This document shows positions 58,444-64,000 of a stretch of DNA of 64,000 nucleotides, piece by piece. The DNA lies in NCBI GenBank assembly GCA_965205015.1, contig OZ242029.1, positions 4,832,001 through 4,896,000 of the forward strand, given 5' to 3'. The stretch is from Candidatus Poribacteria bacterium. GTDB lineage: Bacteria; Poribacteria; WGA-4E; WGA-3G. The translations under genes were made by a program, and so were the position numbers. Within the stretch, counting starts at the first letter, position 1, and each line of letters begins with the position of its first letter. Under the pieces are notes generated by a model. That model was not told where the DNA came from, did no database searches, and was given only the letters and a program-made list of their open reading frames with translations.

Positions 58444-59703
58444 ATGGAAACCCTTACAATTCTGAATGGCGACATCTACACCCCTATGCATCATGGACAG
58501 GGGAGCATCGTCATTCAAAACGACAAAATTTCAACGATAACGTCAGAGGCACTACACCCCTCAGGAAAGATCATTGATGCCTCTGGATGTCTCGTCATTC
58601 CTGGATTAATTGACGGACTGGTGCACGGTGGGGGCGGTTGTGATAGCATGACGGGTCACGTTGAAGACATTGAGACAATCGTGCGAGCACATGCGTGTAG
58701 CGGTGTCACTTCGGTGGTGTTAGGAATCTCCTCGGGGAGTATGCCACAAATCAACAACGCCTTAACCGCTATTGCGCACGTCGTTGACGCACCGATAGCA
58801 GACGGTTCCCGAATTTTAGGATCATACGTGGAAGGAAAATTCGGGAGTCTCGCCAAAAACGGGGCACAGAATGCGAAATACATTACACCGCCAAACTTTG
58901 AAGAATTCCATGCGATGTGGGCAGCTTCGGATGGAACTTTAAAGGTAATCTCTGTCGCGCCAGAAAATGATGAAAATCTGCAGTTTATCCAGCATCTCGC
59001 GACCTTTAAAACAGATGCGTATAATAACATCGTCATAGCGATGGGACACACAAACGCGACATACCAACAAGCAATGGAGGCAATTGACGCAGGCGTGACA
59101 CGCGCGACCCATACTTACAACGGTATGAGTGGGATGCACCACCGCACACTCGGCGCGATTGAAGCCGTCCTCTCCCATCCAGACATCCACGCAGAACTCA
59201 TCGTTGATGAACACCACGTCCACCCGTTTTGGGGAAATACCCTCATCCGACAAAAAGGGATTCACGCCGTTGGGTTAATTACGGACTGCACAGAACTCGC
59301 CGGTGTCCCTGAGGGAGACTGGCAAACCTCGGCAACATACATCCCCGAGCTGGATGCCTATCGCCTCAACGCAGATGCCATTCCCGAACACGACACGGCT
59401 TTTGAAATCAACAGTACCGAGAAATACGTCCGCAACGGAGCGATGTGGTTGGATGTAGGAAAGCCGACTGAACGCCTCGCGGGTGCGACAATTACACTTA
59501 TGGAGGGTGTCCGTAACGTTATCAACTGGGGGCATTCCTTGGAAGACACCCTAACGATGGCGACTTTAACGCCCGCACAAAATTTAGGCGTTGCAGATGC
59601 AGTGGGTTCAATTGCAACCGGGAAAACAGCAGATATCGTTATTGTTGACGAAAATTTGAGCGTTCAAACCGTTATTTTAGGCGGAAAAGTGGTAAAAAAG
59701 TAG
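58444..59703 (+). CDS. nagA: N-acetylglucosamine-6-phosphate deacetylase
   Basis: VAPE, MGHTNA, THTYNGM, HHVHP, LITD and LTPAQNLG motifs. Confidence 0.85.
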   Translation: METLTILNGDIYTPMHHGQGSIVIQNDKISTITSEALHPSGKIIDASGCLVIPGLIDGLVHGGGGCDSMTGHVEDIETIVRAHACSGVTSVVLGISSGSMPQINNALTAIAHVVDAPIADGSRILGSYVEGKFGSLAKNGAQNAKYITPPNFEEFHAMWAASDGTLKVISVAPENDENLQFIQHLATFKTDAYNNIVIAMGHTNATYQQAMEAIDAGVTRATHTYNGMSGMHHRTLGAIEAVLSHPDIHAELIVDEHHVHPFWGNTLIRQKGIHAVGLITDCTELAGVPEGDWQTSATYIPELDAYRLNADAIPEHDTAFEINSTEKYVRNGAMWLDVGKPTERLAGATITLMEGVRNVINWGHSLEDTLTMATLTPAQNLGVADAVGSIATGKTADIVIVDENLSVQTVILGGKVVKK

Positions 59704-59750
59704 AAAATTCGTAGAATGTCAATCTTTTTTGCTTTTTTTTGAAAAAAAAT

Positions 59751-59779
59751 TTGACACCGCCTAAAAAATTGTGTATAAT
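59751..59779 (+). promoter_or_regulatory. str operon promoter
   Basis: Perfect TTGACA-N17-TATAAT. Confidence 0.85.
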
Positions 59780-59968
59780 ATTAGTTTTGGGAACCCTAAT
59801 CAATCTTTTTTGGAAACGAGGGGGCAATTACGGAAACATTCTAACGTCGTATCTAAAATCCACGTTAATATGTTGAAGTTATAATGCCCCGCGCGGGGCT
59901 TTTTTATTTTCATGAGAACCCCCCCCAGCTGCGCTACGACGGAAGACGCATCATTACGGAGGTCCGAC

Positions 59969-60340
59969 ATGCCAACCATTAATCAATTAATCAAAAAACC
60001 GCGCAAAAAGTCCCGGAAAAAAACGAAATCTCCGGTACTGGAGCAGTGTCCCCAGCGGCGCGGTATCTGTTTACAGGTAAAAACAGTAACACCGAACAAA
60101 CCGAATTCGGCACTGCGTAAAGTCGCCCGGGTGCGGTTCACCAGTGGCTACGAAGCGACGTGTTACATTCCGGGGATCGATCATAATCTTCAAGAACACT
60201 CAGTCGTTTTAGTCCGGGGCGGGAGAGTGAAAGACCTTTCTAATGTACGCTACCACATCGTCCGCGGCAAATTGGATACAGCAGGTGTCGATAACCGTCG
60301 CCAAGGTCGTTCAAAGTACGGCGCACGGAAACCGGCTTAA
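59969..60340 (+). CDS. rpsL: 30S ribosomal protein S12
   Basis: [18 protein letters not shown] and HNLQEHS motifs; SD GGAGGT. Confidence 0.97.
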   Translation: MPTINQLIKKPRKKSRKKTKSPVLEQCPQRRGICLQVKTVTPNKPNSALRKVARVRFTSGYEATCYIPGIDHNLQEHSVVLVRGGRVKDLSNVRYHIVRGKLDTAGVDNRRQGRSKYGARKPA

Positions 60341-60358
60341 ACAGCGGAGGAAGCGTAA

Positions 60359-60829
60359 ATGCCGAGGCGTGGAAACATCAGCAAACGGGATGTCAGTCCT
60401 GACGCGAAATTTAACAGCAAGTTGGTATCAAAATTCATCAATAGCCTCATGTTGGATGGCAAGAAAAGCACGGCGCAATCAATCCTATATGAGAGTTTTG
60501 AGATTATTGAATCCCGGTCAAACGAAGACGGCTTTGCCGTGTTCCGTCAAGCCATCAACAATGTCAAACCGGTATTAGAAATTAGGCCCCGGCGTGTCGG
60601 CAGCCAGACGTATCAAGTGCCTGTTGATGTAAAAGCGGAACGGAAACAGCGGTTGGCTTTTAGTTGGATTATTCAATCCGCTCGCGCCCGTGGCGAAAGA
60701 CGGATGTCAGAACGCCTTGCCGGCGAAATACTTGAAGCGTCGCAGAACGAGGGTGGTGCCATTCGTCGGAAAATGGATCAGCACCGAATGGCAGAAGCGA
60801 ACCGAGCTTTTGCACATTATCGATGGTAA
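60359..60829 (+). CDS. rpsG: 30S ribosomal protein S7
   Basis: MPRRG...AEANRAFAHYRW. Confidence 0.97.
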   Translation: MPRRGNISKRDVSPDAKFNSKLVSKFINSLMLDGKKSTAQSILYESFEIIESRSNEDGFAVFRQAINNVKPVLEIRPRRVGSQTYQVPVDVKAERKQRLAFSWIIQSARARGERRMSERLAGEILEASQNEGGAIRRKMDQHRMAEANRAFAHYRW

Positions 60830-60883
60830 AAAATGCGTCCTGGCTTACGCCGAGTCGTTAACACACAAAAGGAGTCTCCAACC

Positions 60884-63001
60884 GTGGCGGAGAAAAAAAA
60901 TAGCAACCCCCAACGCTTAGAACTGCCCCATATGCGAAATATCGGCATTATGGCACACATTGATGCCGGAAAGACGACTGTCACTGAACGCATCCTCTAT
61001 TATACCGGTAAAGTCTATCGGATCGGGGATGTCGACGATGGCACCACTGCCATGGATTGGATGGTGCAAGAACAGGAACGCGGCATTACGATTACTGCCG
61101 CTGCGACAACCTGTCAGTGGAAGAAACACCAAATCAATATCATCGATACACCGGGGCATATTGACTTTACCGTTGAAGTCGAACGCTCTCTTCGTGTCCT
61201 CGACGGCGCAGTCGCAGTTTTTTGCGCAGTTGGCGGCGTTGAACCCCAATCTGAAACTGTTTGGAGACAAGCAGATAAATACAACACACCCCGCATCGCA
61301 TTTGTCAATAAAATGGATCGAACCGGTGCCGATTTCTTCCGCACCGTTGAAATGATGGAAGAACGCCTCGGTGCTACAGCGATACCCCTGCAACTTCCAA
61401 TCGGTTCGGCAGAACAATTCACAGGGATCGTAGACCTCATTTCCATGAAGGGGCAGATCTGGAACGTAGGCACAGACGCAGGCAGCGATGGCACCGTCAT
61501 CCAAGAGACAGACATCCCCAGGGAAATGGAGGAAATGGCAGCCGAATACCGCGAACGGATGTTAGAGGCTATCGCCGATCACAACGAAGAACTTATGCTT
61601 AAATACTTGGATGGTGTTGAAGTTTCACCTGAAGAGATTAAAGTAGGAATGCGAAACGCTGTCCTTACCGGGAATGTCGTCCCTGTTCTTTGCGGAACGG
61701 CGCTAAAAAATAAAGGTGTACAACCCCTCTTAGATGCGATTGTCTCCTATCTACCAGCCCCGACCGACGTACCGCCTGTGGTAGGGTTTAATCCGAAAAC
61801 TGAAGAAGCGGAAACACGTCCGCCACATGACAATGAACCCTTCTGTGCATTGGCGTTCAAAATCATGACGGATCCGCACGTTGGCAAACTCACCTACTTA
61901 CGTGTGTATTCCGGTATCCTCAAGAAAGGCGATACCGTCTATAACAGTAAAACTGGAAAACACGAGCGGATTGGGCGGTTAATGCAGATGCACGCCAACA
62001 AACGGGAAGAACACCAAGCCGTTCACTCAGGCGACATCGCCGCCGTCATTGGGTTAAAAGACCTCTCAACGGGTGATACCCTCTGCGACCCGAAGGCACA
62101 TATCACATTAGAAACGATGGTGTTCCCGCTGCCGGTGATGTCTATCGCCATTGAGCCTCGAACGCAATCTGATATTGATAAACTGAATCTCGCTCTCTTG
62201 AAACTTGCTGAAGAAGATCCGACCTTTAAAGTGCATCAAGACAGCGAAACAGGACAAACCTTATTGTCCGGTATGGGTGAACTTCATCTTGAAATCATCG
62301 TTGATAGACTCGTCCGCGAGTTTAACGTCTCAGCGAATGTTGGCAACCCACAAGTCGCCTATCGGGAAACGATCCTTAAAGCCGTTAAATCTGTCGGGCG
62401 TTTCGTACGTCAATCTGGTGGTAGAGGCCAATTTGGACACGTTGTGCTTGAGGTCGAACCCCTTGAGAAAGGGACCGGTTTTGAATTCATTGACGAAACC
62501 AAAGGTGGCGTTATTCCGCAAGAATATATCCCCGCAGTGCGGAAAGGCGTTGAGAACGCAATGAATACGGGGATCTTAGCCGGCTATCCAGTTGTTGATG
62601 TGTTAGTAAGACTCGTAGACGGTTCACACCACGCCGTGGATTCATCAGAAATGGCGTTCTCTATAGCAGGTTCGATGGCGTTTAAAGACGCAATGAAGCG
62701 TGGTACGCCGACGCTTCTCGAACCGATTATGGACGTTGAAGTTATTGTCCCTGACGAATACCTCGGCAAAGTCATAGGCGATCTGAATTCGCGGCGTTCA
62801 CAGATACGTGAAACTGAAACGCAAGCGAAATCTCGTATTCAAGTTATTCGTGTTGATGTCCCGCTTTCAGAAATGTTTGGGTACGTCAAAACCCTTAGGT
62901 CACTCACACAGGGTAGAGCCAACTACTCTATGGAGTTTGCACATTATAACGAAGTCCCAACAAGCGTGATGGAAGATTTAATTTCATCAGCGAATCGTTA
63001 A
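60884..63001 (+). CDS. fusA: Elongation factor G
   Basis: [19 protein letters not shown] and GMGELHL motifs; GTG start after AAGGAG. Confidence 0.97.
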   Translation: MAEKKNSNPQRLELPHMRNIGIMAHIDAGKTTVTERILYYTGKVYRIGDVDDGTTAMDWMVQEQERGITITAAATTCQWKKHQINIIDTPGHIDFTVEVERSLRVLDGAVAVFCAVGGVEPQSETVWRQADKYNTPRIAFVNKMDRTGADFFRTVEMMEERLGATAIPLQLPIGSAEQFTGIVDLISMKGQIWNVGTDAGSDGTVIQETDIPREMEEMAAEYRERMLEAIADHNEELMLKYLDGVEVSPEEIKVGMRNAVLTGNVVPVLCGTALKNKGVQPLLDAIVSYLPAPTDVPPVVGFNPKTEEAETRPPHDNEPFCALAFKIMTDPHVGKLTYLRVYSGILKKGDTVYNSKTGKHERIGRLMQMHANKREEHQAVHSGDIAAVIGLKDLSTGDTLCDPKAHITLETMVFPLPVMSIAIEPRTQSDIDKLNLALLKLAEEDPTFKVHQDSETGQTLLSGMGELHLEIIVDRLVREFNVSANVGNPQVAYRETILKAVKSVGRFVRQSGGRGQFGHVVLEVEPLEKGTGFEFIDETKGGVIPQEYIPAVRKGVENAMNTGILAGYPVVDVLVRLVDGSHHAVDSSEMAFSIAGSMAFKDAMKRGTPTLLEPIMDVEVIVPDEYLGKVIGDLNSRRSQIRETETQAKSRIQVIRVDVPLSEMFGYVKTLRSLTQGRANYSMEFAHYNEVPTSVMEDLISSANR

Positions 63002-63191
63002 GTAGTTTTTAAGGTGTCCGAACTGTTGGAATGTTCACATTTCCCACAAGCGGACACAGGATTTTAATAGTTATCAGGGCAGGTTGCTACGTAAACCTTT
63101 CAGTTGACTGAAAACCGATCACTGAAAACTTGCGCAGCAGTCGAATTGATAACCCATATAACAATAAACTTTTAGTGGAGCTCGGACAAAA

Positions 63192-64000
63192 ATGGCTAAA
63201 GAAACGTTTGAAAGGACTAAACCACACGTCAATGTTGGAACAATTGGCCACGTTGACCACGGTAAGACAACGTTAACAGCAGCAATTACGATGGTGCTTT
63301 CGAAACTCGCTGACGCAGACTACGTCATGGAGTACGACGAAATTGATAAGGCACCTGAAGAAAAAGAGCGTGGTATTACTATTAATACAGCACACGTTGA
63401 GTATGAAACCGAAAACCGGCATTACGCACACGTAGATTGTCCCGGACACGCCGACTATATCAAGAATATGATTACCGGTGCGGCACAAATGGACGGTGCA
63501 ATCCTCGTCGTATCCGCCGCTGACGGTCCTATGCCTCAGACACGTGAGCACGTGCTACTGGCGCGACAGGTGAACGTCCCCTCTCTCGTCGTCTTCCTGA
63601 ATAAAGCAGACATGGTTGATGACGAAGAGCTGCTTGAACTTGTCGAATTGGAAGTTCGCGAATTACTCAGCGATTATGACTTCCCTGGCGACGATATTCC
63701 TATCATCGCGGGTTCTGCTCTTGAAGCCATGGAATCTGGGGGTGATCCCGAGCATGAAGCATGCCAACCCATTCTTGAACTCATGGCAGAGGTGGATGCC
63801 TATATCCCAGAACCGGTGCGCGATACAGATAGACCCTTCTTGATGCCGATTGAAGATATCTTCACCATCAGTGGACGTGGCACCGTTGTTACCGGTAGGG
63901 TTGAACGTGGCACCGTTGAAATCGGGAACACCGTTGAAATCGTCGGATTACGTGAAACACAAGACACTGTTGTTACAGGTGTTGAGATGTTTAACAAGAG
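63192..64000 (+). CDS. tuf: Elongation factor Tu (runs off the window end)
   Basis: Manual translation [29 protein letters not shown]. Confidence 0.97.
   Translation, partial: MAKETFERTKPHVNVGTIGHVDHGKTTLTAAITMVLSKLADADYVMEYDEIDKAPEEKERGITINTAHVEYETENRHYAHVDCPGHADYIKNMITGAAQMDGAILVVSAADGPMPQTREHVLLARQVNVPSLVVFLNKADMVDDEELLELVELEVRELLSDYDFPGDDIPIIAGSALEAMESGGDPEHEACQPILELMAEVDAYIPEPVRDTDRPFLMPIEDIFTISGRGTVVTGRVERGTVEIGNTVEIVGLRETQDTVVTGVEMFNK

Overview
Bacterial chromosomal window. The gene content (PhyH dioxygenase, many LRR/WD40/dockerin proteins with 'NYPNPFNPETWIP' tails, ECF-sigma fusions) points to Candidatus Poribacteria; this is an inference. Housekeeping flanks: lpxL-like, S41 protease, PhoB-like regulator and infA-rsgA on the left; tRNA-Arg, dut, thyA, folA, nagA and rpsL-rpsG-fusA-tuf on the right. 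Between them lies about 40 kb of accessory genes. Main candidate system (23.5-45.4 kb): two membrane-anchored ECF sigma-TM-LRR fusions share an 18-bp upstream motif, and one carries a glycoside-hydrolase-like domain missing its putative catalytic Asp. They are interleaved with three secreted di-heme cytochrome c/LRR/cohesin/dockerin proteins and an LRR-GH-dockerin protein, and WD40-dockerin proteins with hypervariable loops lie nearby, suggesting a cellulosome-like assembly of repeat proteins. Also notable: (i) a duplicated leader-peptide/attenuator-like region feeding a sigma-region-4-only protein behind infA-rsgA-GNAT; (ii) an ORF-less IS605-type element with a strong promoter and a ~410-nt structured RNA; (iii) an S12 with streptomycin-resistance-type substitutions; (iv) a ThyA with Pro at the invariant Arg. 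All domain calls are motif recognition by eye; no searches were run.
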